NCBI RefSeq assembly: GCF_006345805.1
Contig: NC_043005.1
Location: 9,300,001-9,364,000, forward strand
Length of the DNA stretch: 64,000 bases
Source: Octopus sinensis
Taxonomy: Eukaryota
Direction of reading: 5' to 3'
A program made the position numbers and the translations under genes. The notes under the pieces were generated by a model. The model had not been told where the DNA came from, did no database searches, and saw only the letters and a program-made list of their open reading frames with translations. This document shows, one piece after another, positions 11,208-24,090 of the stretch (its first letter is position 1; each line of letters begins with the position of its first letter).

Positions 11208-12457
11208 TTAGGTCGTCAAGTATGAAATTTGTAGAAGAGAAAAAAGTTTGCTGATGTTTTATAAATACAAGGAATAGTTTTATTCTTCAAAGTATGCACC
11301 TATATTGTCAATACACTTTTGCCATTTCAGCGGTAGTTTGTCCAGCCCGGAACTGTAAATGCCTAGCAATCTAGAGTCAAGAAAATCTTGGCAGGCCTGT
11401 TATACAGCATTGTCGGAATTAATTATTTTTCCTATCAAAAACTTATCCAAATTCTGGAAGAACTTGTTATCAGTGGGGTCTATATCATGTGAGTATGATA
11501 GATGATGGAGAACTTACAACTCTACCCAATGTAGTTTTGCCAATGTCATCTTTGCGAGTTGTGCTCTGGAATTGTCTTGCAATAAAATAGGAGTGGATCT
11601 GTTGACTAATCTAGGCTGCTTTTTGTAAGTTTCTGCATCATTTTGTCCAATTGGCTGCAGTATACTTCGGCCGTGATTGATGAACCGGGTTTAATGATAT
11701 CATAATTGATCACACCTGCTCCAGACCACCAAATACACAGCATCAGCTTATTTTGACGAATTTTACTTTTTGGACTGTGTTTTGGTGGCTCGTCTTCTTC
11801 CAGTCATTGTGCTGAACGTTTACTGTTGTTGTATTGGATCCATTTCTCCTCACATGTCACAATTCGATTAAAAAATTATCCATTTTTGTAACGAGAAAAG
11901 TAGCATAATGCAGGTTTCCAAACGTTGCTGTTTCTGATTTTTCATTGAATACACGTGGAACCCATTTATCCAACGTTTTCACTTTACCGATTTGAGCTGG
12001 GTAAGGCAATATTGTTTTCTTGCCAACACAAAAGAACGATAATTCACGGGCACTTTGAGATGGATCTGACTCGACGGTGGCTTTCAGTTCGTCATTATCC
12101 ACCTTTGTTTCTGGTCGACCGCGTTGCTCATTTATGAGGTCAAAGTTACCAGAACGAAATTTTGTAAACCAATTTGATACTGTCTGCTGTATAATAACAT
12201 TAGAACGAAATACTGCATTAATATTCTGGGCTTTCTGTGATGCTCTATTTCCAAGAAACTGTGCGAATTTCCGACTTATACATCTCTAAACAAAAATAGC
12301 AAAAACGATTTATAAATACTTTACAAAGCACAAAATAAATTAGAATAAACAAATAGATGCGTCAGCCTTCTAACAATAAATATAATAATAGTGCAAAATG
12401 AGCAGCTGTGAAATTTTAACATATAACTTACTACAAATTTCATACTTGACGCCCTAA
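11208..12457 (-). mobile_element. Full-length degraded mariner (mauritiana-like)
   Basis: TA-flanked TIRs TTAGG(T/G)CGTCAAGTATGAAATTTG; transposase relic 12283-11280 with GRPETKVDNDELK, LDKWVP, TCEEKWI and LLQDN motifs. Confidence 0.9.
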
Positions 12458-12465
12458 TATATAAT

Positions 12466-12521
12466 ACTTTACTGAACTCCATGTGGAGTTGCTTAAAACT
12501 CCACATGGAGTTCAGTAAAGT
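12466..12521. repeat. Perfect 25-bp-stem hairpin with 6-nt loop
   Basis: 12466-12490 is the exact reverse complement of 12497-12521. Confidence 0.9.
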
Positions 12522-12806
12522 TTGGTTGACTTATATTTATGGAAGTCTTAAACTGAAAGTGATTCTTATAATTCCTATACACTCTTGTGAGAATCGATGC
12601 CTGACGCTAATAATGATGGGTAGTCATTATTTTGCTGCCTATTGGTATGATTTCCTAAAATTGTTTTTATGTTGTATTTGGTTAGTTCGTTCCGTTTGTG
12701 ACTTGAAATCCGAAAATCTTTATTAGAAACTTTATTTTAATAATCTTTAAGAAAAAAATCGCGTGTTGCTCGTCTTAACTTTTCCGTCAGTTACGTGAGG
12801 CTTGAC

Positions 12807-13153
12807 ATTTTAACATACCATCTTGAAAAAAATGACTGACATCTGTGATGATGCATTCCAACGTATGATATACTCATAAATGGGTGAAATAATTACATTT
12901 GACCATACGTATTATTAAGTTTCAACAGTGAGCTAAAAACCCGCATGGGCAATAAGTTACAAGATCTTTAGCGATTGTGAGAAATCGCTAAAGATCTTGT
13001 AACTTATTGCCCATGGGGGTTTTTAGCTCACTGTTGAAACTTAATAATACGTATGGTCAAATGTAATTATTTCACCCATTTATGAGTATATCATACGTTG
13101 GAATGCATCATCACAGATGTCAGTCATTTTTTTTTAAGATGGTATGTTAAAAT
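12807..13153. repeat. Near-perfect palindrome, 170-bp arms (foldback/MITE-like)
   Basis: Arms 12807-12976 and 12983-13153, loop GTGAGA, only a few mismatches. Confidence 0.95.
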
Positions 13154-13869
13154 TTCAGGGCACGCATCCTACATCCAGTAAACTGAACGGCATCTAGAAT
13201 TGTCTCCAATTTAGTTGTAAGAATATTCTTTATGGTTTTGGTATGGTGATGCTAAGCAACGTATCAATAATTCCATCATTAACTACAAACGTATTGTCCA
13301 ATACAAAATACAACGACACAGCATGGCTGAGGATTTGTTGCTTTTCATGTCATTTAAATTCTCCTGTTCACAGAGTCTCTATCGGGTCTCTTCATCTACT
13401 AGATATTGTAGCCAAATTGTACTCAAATTACACCACACTACGGAATTAAAAATAGGCAAATACAACTTGCATAATTGCACAAAAGCTGGTTGGTCATGAT
13501 GGAAATACTTTTCACCATAATTTTGTTCGGCTTTAATTAATTGGAGTTTCCCAATTATACGAACATTTCTGTTGTATTTTTATAGTATGCAGCTCTGTCA
13601 CTGATTGTACTCTAACGTTCGCTGCAAATCAAATTTAATAAGGTTTCTCCGAAGTTTAAAGAATTTTTATTTGAAATATATTCTGTTACAGAAAACCTTC
13701 CATTGGTGTGGCTTCTTCAATTTGCCATTTCTCGATTTAATAATTCTAAATACAATTGAGTATTTAAATAATAAGTATATCCAGATTATTTTCCTATTCC
13801 CATTTTTTTGGTTTCTATACAATTCTCATACATTTCAAGTACTTATTTATTATTTTTTCCATTTACATA

Positions 13870-14292
13870 GGCGCATGAGTGGCTGTGTGGTAAGTAGCTT
13901 GCTAACCAACCACATGGTTCCGGGTTCAGTCCCACTGCGTGGCATCTTGGGCAAGTGTCTTCTGCCATAGCCCCGGGCCGACCAATGCCTTGTGAGTGGA
14001 TTTGGTAGCCGGAAACTGAAAGAAGCCCGTCGTGTATATGTATATATATATGTATCTGTGTGTGTGTGTTTGTGTGTCTGTGTTTGTCCCCCTAGCATTG
14101 CTTGACAACCGATGCTGGTGTGTTTAGGTCCCCGTAACTTAGCGGTTCGTCAAAAGAGACCGATAGAATAAGCACTGGGCTTACAAAGAATAAGTCCCGG
14201 GGTCGATTTGCTTGACTAAAGGCGGTGCTCCAGCATGGCCGCATTCAAAATGACTGAAACAAGTAAAAGAGTAAAAGAGTAAAGAGTAAGAG
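13870..14292 (+). mobile_element. SINE-A, full length (tRNA head, CORE-like segment, internal microsatellite, CR1-like tail)
   Basis: A box TGGCTGTGTGG, B box GGTTCAGTCCC, then TTGGGCAAGTGTCTT, internal (TA)n(TG)n and a (TAAAAGAG)n tail. Confidence 0.92.
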
Positions 14293-16622
14293 TTATTTGC
14301 AATACATTTCTTATTCAATAACTTAAATTTCTAAATCTTCATTGCCTTTTATGTTATCGTTTCTTTTATCTAGGCTCTGGAATTACTTTAATTGCATGCA
14401 CTAAGATTGTTGAGTAATTATTGAAGATTAGAATACGCTATAGATTTCAACAATGTTTTTTGAGATTGGAAATAATATACATCCTAGTTAAGCAGGTCTC
14501 ATCGAAGTGTAAGAATGCCATGTCATCTTTCCAAATGGATGATATCAAATCCTATTTTGGGAAAAAATGTCCATTTTTTATCTTCATTTCCTTCATTTAT
14601 AATTATTCTTTGATGTGAAGAAATAATACAAAGAATGCACATAATTGCCTCAAATGACTAGCAGGAGATAATAACGAAAAGCATAACGGTAGCATATATA
14701 ATATGCTCTTAATAAAGACAGATGTCTGTTATCATGAAGAATTTCCATGTATTTCAACAATATCTTTGATCCACTTTTGCTGTTGAGTTCATGGATTTCT
14801 TCTGAGTTGATCATGCTACGCTGACTAAGATAATCATTCTTATAAATCTCAATAATCCACGGCAGCGATATTTCGTATCATTAAATGGATGAGTGACACA
14901 TCCTGCAAAGTGGACGCTGGCAATTAATTTCCCCGGAAGAAATTGAATTTCGAGCTCAATGCTAATTAATCTCCTGACAATTCTACAGCACTGTCGTCTT
15001 TTATAATCGTTAACTAAATTGCTATGCACCTTTGCAATAAAACATTCTTTTGGAAACCGATGCCTTGGCTAAGGTCTCACACTACATTCAAGGTAAGCGA
15101 TAAAATGTCGACCTTCAAGTTGATTTTTCCCGTGCCTTATTGTCATCATCATATTTACTTTGCCAACAGATTAAGACTCATGTAATTCTCTCATTTAGAT
15201 GCAACCTTATTTTTATGGTAATTTTTGCTTATACGCTATTAACGCCACACCATACTTAAATGATTTTCTTCAATGATCTAGCTTCTCACTTTTCTTCCGG
15301 TGCAATCAAATTTTGTCTTGATTCATCCCCCGCTTCACGAGTTCTTTCCCCTCTGGACATGAATTCCCAGCAACTTAATTTAGCTTATCCCATGTTGCAA
15401 ATACTCTGGAAAAACCATTGCTTTCGTTGCAATCGAGTATGACCTGTGAGCAAGCACCATATTTTGGCTAAATGTTTAAAACTTCAACGCAGTCGTAAGC
15501 AGAATCGCACCTCTTACTCTTGAGAAAGTGGAGTATCCAGAATATGACAGATCAAGTTTAGGGAGGACCGCAATACTTCTGGACCGGTATTTGGTTTCAG
15601 CTGAATCGATTGGCTTTTATATTTAGAAGAGTCAGTAACTCTGTAGAGCACTACAAACAATGACCACGTGACTCTCGTCTAATGAGATTGACCTAATACA
15701 GTGTCCTCATTTACAATCTTTAAATGTGGTTTACATATGAAAAATATCTTTATCCATTGTAAACTTTCTTTATATACTTAATGCGGAATCACTAAACGCG
15801 AACCTCTGAAAGACACTTAGCCAATTATATACAGAGCAAGCATACCTCCTTCAAAAGAAACTACGAAACTCCATCAGTTTGGTTTTAGGTGTAATATTCT
15901 TGAGAAAATATTCTGAAATTACTATGGTTAGAACTTATTGCGATCAAAGATTTGTTCGATCAGAAGTTAACTAGAGCTAATCAGCATGAACCTGTGGAAG
16001 TTTTGTAGAAGTGATGCAAATGTTACCAATACTATATGTATTCAAGTATAACATGTTGATTGATTAATAATGATGTGTAATATGAAAAGGGTTTTGCGTA
16101 AAATAGAGACAAGACCGTGTTGAAGAAGTTGCTTCTTTGAGGAAGAAGCTTTTCAATATATTAGCAGAGAAATTTCTTTATGGATTGGATTATTAGAAAA
16201 GTGCAAAACGTCATCCGCACAAATCCCAGAAGCAAATTTAGGGATAAGGATTTAGCCACGAAATTTCTGAATTTATATAATGTTCTGTCTGAAGAAAGGG
16301 GACGCATTATTCAAATTAACTTTCTCGCAGAAAACTTGCTGGAAAAATTTAAGCAGGGTGATAGTTTGTGGTTAAGGACAGAGTAGAGGTACTAGTGCAG
16401 TGTTTTTCTAGACTATAGAGAATGAATGGGGAGGGTTGAAGCAAATCAGTCGGTTGGAGATGGGACGAGATCGGTTAGCCGGAAACAAGTGTAGCAGCTG
16501 TAAAGAAGTAGAGTGGGGGCCAAAACGTTTGTGGGATAGGGTTTATTGTGTGCTGAAGAAAAGTGTAAGAATTATTTTTAAGGCTTTAAGTAGTTCAAGT
16601 ACAATGTAAGCAGATTCTTGCA

Positions 16623-16790
16623 CTTGCTGTGTGGTTAAGAAGGTTACTTTGAAACCGCATGTTTCCCGGTTCAGTCTCACTGCGTGGAACCTTGTTCGGG
16701 TATCTTCTACTATTACTACGGGCCGACCGAAGCGTTGTGAGAGGATTTGGCTGACGGAAAATGAAAGAAATCTGTCGTGTATATATATTC
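16623..16790 (+). mobile_element. SINE-A, diverged 5' half
   Basis: Alignable by eye to the head of the 13870 copy. Confidence 0.75.
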
Positions 16791-16919
16791 ATAGTAATAC
16801 ATATATATATATATTAATAGTAATGGTATAACTACTAAAGAATGAATGAAACCTCGATATCATGTAAATAAAGGAATTTATCTGTAATATAATATAATAT
16901 GTGACAATTATTCGGTTGC

Positions 16920-16985
16920 CATAATAAGTCTCCGAGTTTCGGTTGTCGGGGCGGAAATCTGCTCCGGCATCTCGTCAGTTATCAA
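16920..16985 (-). ncRNA. Decayed hammerhead motif
   Basis: AUAA-CUGACGA...GAAAC-UCGGA-GAC-UUAU; stem I pairs, but the triplet is GAC rather than GUC. Confidence 0.5.
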
Positions 16986-17478
16986 GGCAATCGAAAAATG
17001 CTATGAAATTGCATTATTAAGAAAAAAGAGCTATTAGAATGACCGTTAAAGAAGAGGAAAAACTGAAGGGGAGAAAGTAAAAACGTAAAAACGCTCATAG
17101 AAATCGCGTATGTATGCATGTACATACATACGCATGCGCCAAATTATCCAGTCATATATGGTCCTTAAAAGATAAGGGCGTCAGTTACGATATCCACTTG
17201 AAGATCTTAGCCAAGCGTAAGCCTTACACCAACGGCAGTGGAAAGTGCGGTCTTTGAGATATGGAAAGTTGGCTCACCTGAAAAAGCAGCTTAGACCTCG
17301 CTACATGTCTAAATTCATGAACTGAATTTTTTGGATCATGTCTACGTATGGCTCAATATTTGTTACGTTTTTAGTCCCCCTCCCCAAGATCACAGATAGA
17401 GCCTGCTTTTTATATTGTGTCCCCGTAAAAGCATTTTATCTCTCTATGTTTTTATATATATTTTTAGATATTGTTCAC

Positions 17479-17509
<31 letters not shown>

Positions 17510-18189
17510 ATTATATATATATTATTGCTTTAAATATTTTTACATATTTTTTCTGTATTTTACCTTTCACCCTGCATTTTCATGTGCATATGCATATATA
17601 GACGTGTATATGAACATTTTTGTGCGCGTATGGGTATATATACGTGTGTGTGTGCGTATGTGCAGGTATGTATATATGTACATGCATATGTACATGTGTA
17701 TGGTTGCATATATATATGTGGGTTCACACGCATGTGTTTCACGCGAGGGTGAGGGAGCGTATGCATATATAGCATGTGCGTATTCTAGACGTGTATTTGA
17801 ATATAATTGTCTGCGTATGGGTATATTCACGTGTGTGTGTGTGCGTGTCTGAGCGGATATGTATATGTGTTCATGTATGCTTGCATATATATGTGCATAT
17901 ATAGGTGTATATGTGGGTATGCATGTATGTATTTCACGCGAGCGTGAGCAAGTATATGAATATATGCACATGTACGTGAGTGTGCGTGCGCGCATGTGTA
18001 TGTATGTACATATGCGCATATGCGATTTCTATGACCATTTTTACTTTTTTACTCTTTTACTTTCTCCCTTCAGTTTCCCCCCCCCCTTATTTAACGGTCA
18101 TTCTAATAGCATTTTTGTCTTAATAACGGTCAATTACATAGTAATTTATCTTTGTTTAACGGTAATTTTTATAGCATTTTTGATTACCT

Positions 18190-18252
18190 TGATAGCTGAC
18201 GAAATTCCGGACAGACTTCCGCCCCGAAATCCGAAACTCGGAGTCTTCTTAT
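18190..18252 (+). ncRNA. Decayed hammerhead motif
   Basis: CUGACGA 18196-18202, GAAAC 18233-18237, GUC ending at 18245; stems I and II imperfect. Confidence 0.55.
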
Positions 18253-18327
18253 GACAATCGTATAATTGTCTTGTCACTTATTGTATTGTATTATATTATA
18301 TTATATATGTATATATGTATGTATATA

Positions 18328-18386
<59 letters not shown>

Positions 18387-18680
18387 CAAGAAGAAAAAAT
18401 TGTAAAAATGCAGAATGCTAAATTGAAAGAAAATTTTAAATTGATAAAATATATAAATATACATCAATTCAAACCGGTTTTCGTCATAATGTGACTTTTC
18501 AAGAATTGTAAAGGAAAAATTTTTTTTTAAAGTGAGAGAGGGGAAAAAAGAAAATTGCATTGTTTTTTGCAAAAGAATAATAATAAATTTTCTTTCAATT
18601 TAGCATTCTGCATTTTTACAATTTTTCGTTGGTTATCATTTCTCCACGTGCGGTCAACACAACCCCACCATTTATTGATC

Positions 18681-18713
<33 letters not shown>

Positions 18714-19077
18714 ATTATTATTTGAGGAAATAAAATCCAAACTTACAAGGAAAAATATTCAATTTAGAAAAACTAAAGTAAATTTCACAAAATATAATAT
18801 ATATATAAAAAATTAGAAGAAAAACACCTTTTATCAATTCAAAATGAACAATTAAATTACACCCTCTATAAAATTACATATAATAGAAAGATTAAAATTA
18901 AAATAACAATAAAATGTCAAAGATTAAGTAAATTGCAAAGAATAATAATAAAAACGTATATAATAATTATTTGAGGGAATAATAATCCTAACTTATAGGG
19001 AAAAATTCAATCAAATTTCACAAACACACACACACATACATATATATATATACATATATACATACACATACACGGAA

Positions 19078-19124
<47 letters not shown>

Positions 19125-19183
19125 CACACACACACGCACACACACATATATATATACGACAGGCTTCTTTCCGTTTCTGAATT

Positions 19184-19228
<45 letters not shown>

Positions 19229-19231
<3 letters not shown>

Positions 19232-19876
19232 TCGATTACGTAAAAATGTTGAAACTATGCATGGTACAAAGTTGAAGGGGATAATGTTTTTATTTCTCCT
19301 TTAGTTTCAGAATTACTACTATTTTGCGGTTTGAGTTTAGCTGCTCATTTCAAGTGAGTTGAACGGCCTGTCAGGGTCATTCCTTAATATTATTGTTGAA
19401 TATATTATATAGTCTGTGACTATTTCTACTTTCTGACTTGAACGCTGGTTGCAGAAAATTTTTCTTGAATTTTTTTTGAATTTTTTTGCTACCCTTATAC
19501 TGATTAATTAATGATTTTTTGACTAATTCTGAAATTGTATCAGCAGTTTATATTTGCTGCTGAGTAGATGGCGCGGTTACGGTGGATTTCGAAAATTTAG
19601 GATATATAAACTCGAGGCTTCGATGGTGCTGCCTCGTGTGTATATATTTTCCTTTTCTTTGGCGACTTTGCTGATGAGACAAGCCAATCGTAAACGGATT
19701 TAATTTAATTTAATTTAATTCGATTACGTAAAAATGTTGAAACTATGCATGGTACAAAGTTGAAGGGGATAAATGTTTTTATTTCTCCTTTAGTTTCAGA
19801 ATTACTACAATTTTGCGGTTTGAGTTTAGCTGCTCTTTTCAAGTGAGTTGAACGGTCTGTCAGGGTCATTCCTTAA

Positions 19877-19883
<7 letters not shown>
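19229..19883. mobile_element. Unclassified insertion with 166-bp terminal direct repeats (PLE-like architecture)
   Basis: 19229-19394 is repeated at 19718-19883; both ends lie in TA/ATT microsatellite. Confidence 0.5.
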
Positions 19884-19915
<32 letters not shown>

Positions 19916-19934
19916 TATATATAAATTCAGAAAC

Positions 19935-20245
19935 GGGAAGAAGCCTGTCGTATATATATATGTGTGTGTGTGAGTGTGTGTGTATGTGTGTGAGTGTGTG
20001 CATGTGTGTATGTATGTGTGTGTGTATGTATGTATATATTTGTGTGTCTGTGTTTGTCACCCCTCATCACTTGACAAACGATGTTAGCGTGTTTACGGCG
20101 CAGTAACTTAGCAGTTCGGGAAAATAGAGCAATGAAATAAGTACTAGGCTTACACAGAATAAATTTTCGGCTAGAATTGTTCGACTAAAGGTCGTGCTCC
20201 AGCATGTGTGCGTATACATGTATATGTACATGTGTCTGTATGTTC

Positions 20246-20294
<49 letters not shown>

Positions 20295-20500
20295 TGTCTC
20301 TGCAAGTGTGTTTGCCTTTGTGTCTGTGTTTGTCCCCCGCCGCCCTTGACAATTGTCCCCGTAAATTAGAGGTTCGACAAAAGAGGCCGATTGAATAAGT
20401 AAGAGGGTCCATTAGTTGGACCACAATTACCAAAGGTGGAGCCCCAGCATGGCGGTAGCCTAATGACCGAAACAAGTAAAAGATAAAAAAATAAAAGATG
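19935..20500 (+). mobile_element. Two tandem diverged SINE-A 3' halves
   Basis: GAAGAAGCCTGTCG, (TG)n, then a tail ending GCTCCAGCATG; a second tail ends CCAGCATGGCGG..GACCGAAACAAGTAAAAG. Confidence 0.75.
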
Positions 20501-21398
20501 CATCTAAGAGTTCGAATATGCAGTCTTGTTTTTCATTTCATTATGAGTTCACGTTTGTCACTGTTTATAGCATATGCGAAACGTTTGGGTCCCCTTACAG
20601 CTGAAATATACGTATGAATCAGCTGCATATAGTTTTCAGGAAAACATTTAACGGTCGCTAGGGGAAAAATATTTTAAAGATATGTGTTAGTACTAAAGTT
20701 GATATATGTTTCCAATACATTAAAAACGGTAAAACTTAAAATGATATGGCTGCGGTTAGCTAGATCAAAGCAATGTCTTCGCTATGCTATATGTACCGTA
20801 ACTTTCCCATGATATAGGATAGATTTCCATGAAGAACAAAAAGTTGCTAATATTATATATTATTATAAAACGCCCGTGTTTGAGAGAAATAGTTTTATCA
20901 CATAACACGTAACTTCCGCTTGTATACTTGACAGGACAGAAGAATGAACGGCTTGATTAACAAAAATAACAGGTATAGTCAGCGTGAAAGAAAGAAATAT
21001 AAGGGAAATTACTTACCTTATATCTACCTTTAAAGTATGGCTGATGTTGTTCAGTAGCCACATTTTATACCTGAATGAGAAAAAAAAATGAACTAATTCA
21101 TTCTACGGGTGACCAGTCCGTAATTTCGTGTACCTAAAACTACAATGTGTAATAGGTCTGACTTTCTTTAACCTGACACCTTTCGATTTCAGAGGAATTT
21201 AGATATTTCTTGCGAATGACATGTATAGCTAGCGCTTCCTTAATAGCTTGTGTGTTGAGTAGTTTTATTGGCATTGAAAGTAACAAATTGATGTTGATGA
21301 TTGTAACACTCACAGCTCTGTCAATGTCGACAAGTTAGTAGAGGTAAAATGAGAACAAAGTTGCGGAAACGTGCTTAGAAGGGAACTTAGATACGCAT

Positions 21399-21486
21399 GG
21401 AACAGTTTTGCGAACACCACTCATATAACTGACAGTTGCTGTTGTCTTCTTCTTCCAATCAGGACTCACGCCATTAGCCACAAAGA
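21399..21486 (+). repeat. 88-bp repeat, copy 1 (short TTC run)
   Basis: GGAACAGTTTTGCGAACACC...CAATCAGGACTCACGCCATTAGCCACAAAGA, repeated at 23121. Confidence 0.9.
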
Positions 21487-21950
21487 TACTACAGTACAAC
21501 TAAGTGGAATGTCTTTATTTTTTCCGCTTTACTGCTGATTTGAGATACAAGAAATTATTATCAATTTACTGTAACTAATAATAATTTACTCGCATAAATA
21601 CGACACTTCCAGAATATTTAGTTAGCGAGTTTAGACGCTGAATTATTGTTGTTGGACTTTAGGGTATGCCTATGGACTAAGCAAGGGTCACTATTATCTC
21701 CGTGATGTTCAAGCTGCTACAATGCTGTTAGACACGAAATGCATTATTACCAAGGGCTGTATGCGTTGAGCTGAGTTACGATAAACAATCTACTAAAGTT
21801 GATACTTTGAGGTGTTAGTAGTGTTGGAGTGAGTGTTCCTGCTATGAACTGAAAGAATTAGTTCTTCGAACGAAAATATGATAAAGTTAATTTAAATTTT
21901 TCTCTTAAAAACCGAATTCATTTTTGTTTATTACATGCAAATTCACCCGG

Positions 21951-22056
<106 letters not shown>

Positions 22057-23120
22057 GTGTATATATATATATGGATGCATGTATGTATGTACAACAACAT
22101 GACATATAACGTGACATATAGAAGAAATATACAATCAGTTAATAGCTAAATGTATGCAGAGGAAAAAGTCATTCTATTCAATTACAGCATAATTGAAAAT
22201 TTCCGTGAGATATCTTTAGGCTTAACACGAGCAATGATATTGAATGAAATTCTTCGTCTTATATCGTCATTTCCAACTAGGAAAATTTTATTTTTCAGTT
22301 AGTTTTCTTTATTTTATCTTTTATCTTTTATTTTTTCTTTTGCTTCCTTTCCTATAAACAGAAAGTGGAGTCAAAAACTAGCAAAAATTACGCATCCAAA
22401 CACGAATTTTCGGTAATAAAATCACTTGCGGTCAGAGAAAAGTTCATGGGCAGGATGGTAAGAAGAAAACAATAAAAGAAAAGAAAAAGCAAGTTTAAAT
22501 AAAAACAAGCTAAATGTTTATAAAGCAAATAGCTTGTTTATGATGAGTTTGACACGATAGTTCCAGGTGTATAGGGTTATGTCAATGTTGTTTTTCGATT
22601 TTACTTCCTATCACTATGTCGCCATCTTTGCAGACACTGAAGAATATATAATAAATAAAATATAAAGCGCGACGATGGCTACATACCAGTGACGTGTGAT
22701 ACGTCGTACTGAGTGGAAGGTTGAGCTGGAAATCACCTTCAGTAACAATGGCTTCACTTAGCATTTTTTTTATCACCCGGCTAGTTGTTGATTATGTTGT
22801 CATTGGTCATATCATTGATAATCTTATATCATTCTTATCCCCGATGTTACGAGTCATGATAATCTTTGCCTTTATCCGTATGTAGGAATATTGTCATATT
22901 GTTTCAGATGGCGACGTTAAATGCAACTGAATAGACAATAGCCGAATAATAAAATGGAGTGAATAAATGAATATTTCAATTATCACACGTTCACAGTCGT
23001 TGCATCGTAACATGAAGTGTATAGCTTTCATCTAATAGCAGTTATGTTAAAGTTGCTACACCTACCCAAAAGAAAGTTTACAGTTGTGACTCGACACATA
23101 CAATAAGCGTGTAGGCCTCA

Positions 23121-23349
23121 GGAACAGTTTTGCGAACACCTCTCTTATAACTGACGGTTGCTGTTGTCTTCTTCTTCTTCTTCTTCTTCTTCTTCTTCTT
23201 CTTCTTCTTCTTCTTCTTCTTCTTCTTCTTCTTCTTCTTTCTTCTTCTTCTTCTTCTTCTTCTTCTTTTCTTCTTCTTCTTCTTCTTCTTCTTCTTCTTC
23301 ATCTTCTTCTTCTTCTTCCAATCAGGACTCACGCCATTAGCCACAAAGA
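23121..23349 (+). repeat. 88-bp repeat, copy 2, with expanded (TTC)n
   Basis: Same flanks as the 21399 copy, with an approx. 150-bp (TTC)n run inside. Confidence 0.9.
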
Positions 23350-23594
23350 ATAATTTCTAATTCGAGCCTTCTCTCAGCTACTAAGAATACGTGTGGCAAC
23401 TTGAAGATCCACCCATAACACACAGACTGATGGTTGCACGGCCGTGAAAGCTACATTGTTATCCACATTCCGTAAACGATGGCTTTTAACGGGTGGAGAG
23501 CTGAACTATCCTGGGGTACAGAGGATTCGCAATCTAGACTGGGGTCTGAAAGTTTACCACACCATAGTAAACATGATTCTTCTGCTTTGTGGCA

Positions 23595-23783
23595 GAAGTA
23601 GGAAGAAAGAGAAGAGAACGTTGATGTGAAAGAGTACAGCGGGTTTGGCCCCCACCCGCCGGAGCCTCGTAGAGCTGAGGTGTTTTTATTCAATAAACAC
23701 TCACAATGCGCGGTCTGGGTATCGAAACCCCGTTCTTACGACCGCGAGTCTGCTGCTCTAACCACTGGGCCATTGCGCCTCCA
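23595..23783 (-). mobile_element. SINE-B, 5' half
   Basis: Reverse complement of GTGGAGGCGCAATGGCCCAGTGG head. Confidence 0.85.
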
Positions 23784-23825
23784 CGTTGCTGTTGTTTTAT
23801 CTGACCTATCAGCAAGATATTTCGT

Positions 23826-24090
23826 TATCCTATTTCTTTACTACCAACAAGGGGCTAAACACAGAAAGGATGAAAGGCAAAGTCGATCTCGGGGGAATTT
23901 GAACTCGGAACGTAAAGACAGACGACATACCTATTTCTTTACTACCCACAAGGGGCTAAACACAGAGAGGACAAACAAGGGCAGACAAACGGATTAAGTC
24001 GATTACATCGACCCCAGTGCGTAACTGGTACTTAATTTATCGACCCCGAAAGGATGAAAGGCAAAGGCGACCTCGGGGGAATTTGAACTC
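23826..24090 (-). mobile_element. SINE-C tandem dimer fragment
   Basis: Two units joined at AAAGAAATAGG|TATGTCGTCTG; the second unit is internally deleted. Confidence 0.85.

Larger units (their letters stand above)
16886..18298 (+). mobile_element. 5'-truncated Penelope-like element with inverted pseudo-LTR
   Basis: GIY-YIG C-terminus LSSHIWSLKDKGVSYDIHLKILAKRKPYTNGSGKCGL..CLNS*TEFFGSC at 17144-17374; diverged inverted arms at approx. 16886-17135 and 17992-18298. Confidence 0.8.

Noticed and set aside
13200-13700. Possible RTE relic (VNRRI*MT*KA, minus strand)
   Set aside because: A single weak motif is not enough to call.
15290-15700. Possible RTE C-terminal relic
   Set aside because: The resemblance is too weak without a profile search.
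15900-16560. Possible PLE relic (CFNPPHS, TNYHPA on the minus strand)
   Set aside because: The motifs are short and not clearly from one collinear element.
19664-19705. CTGATGA...CGTAAAC hammerhead-like core
   Set aside because: GAAA is interrupted, stem II has only 2 bp and no stem I partner exists; at most a dead relic.
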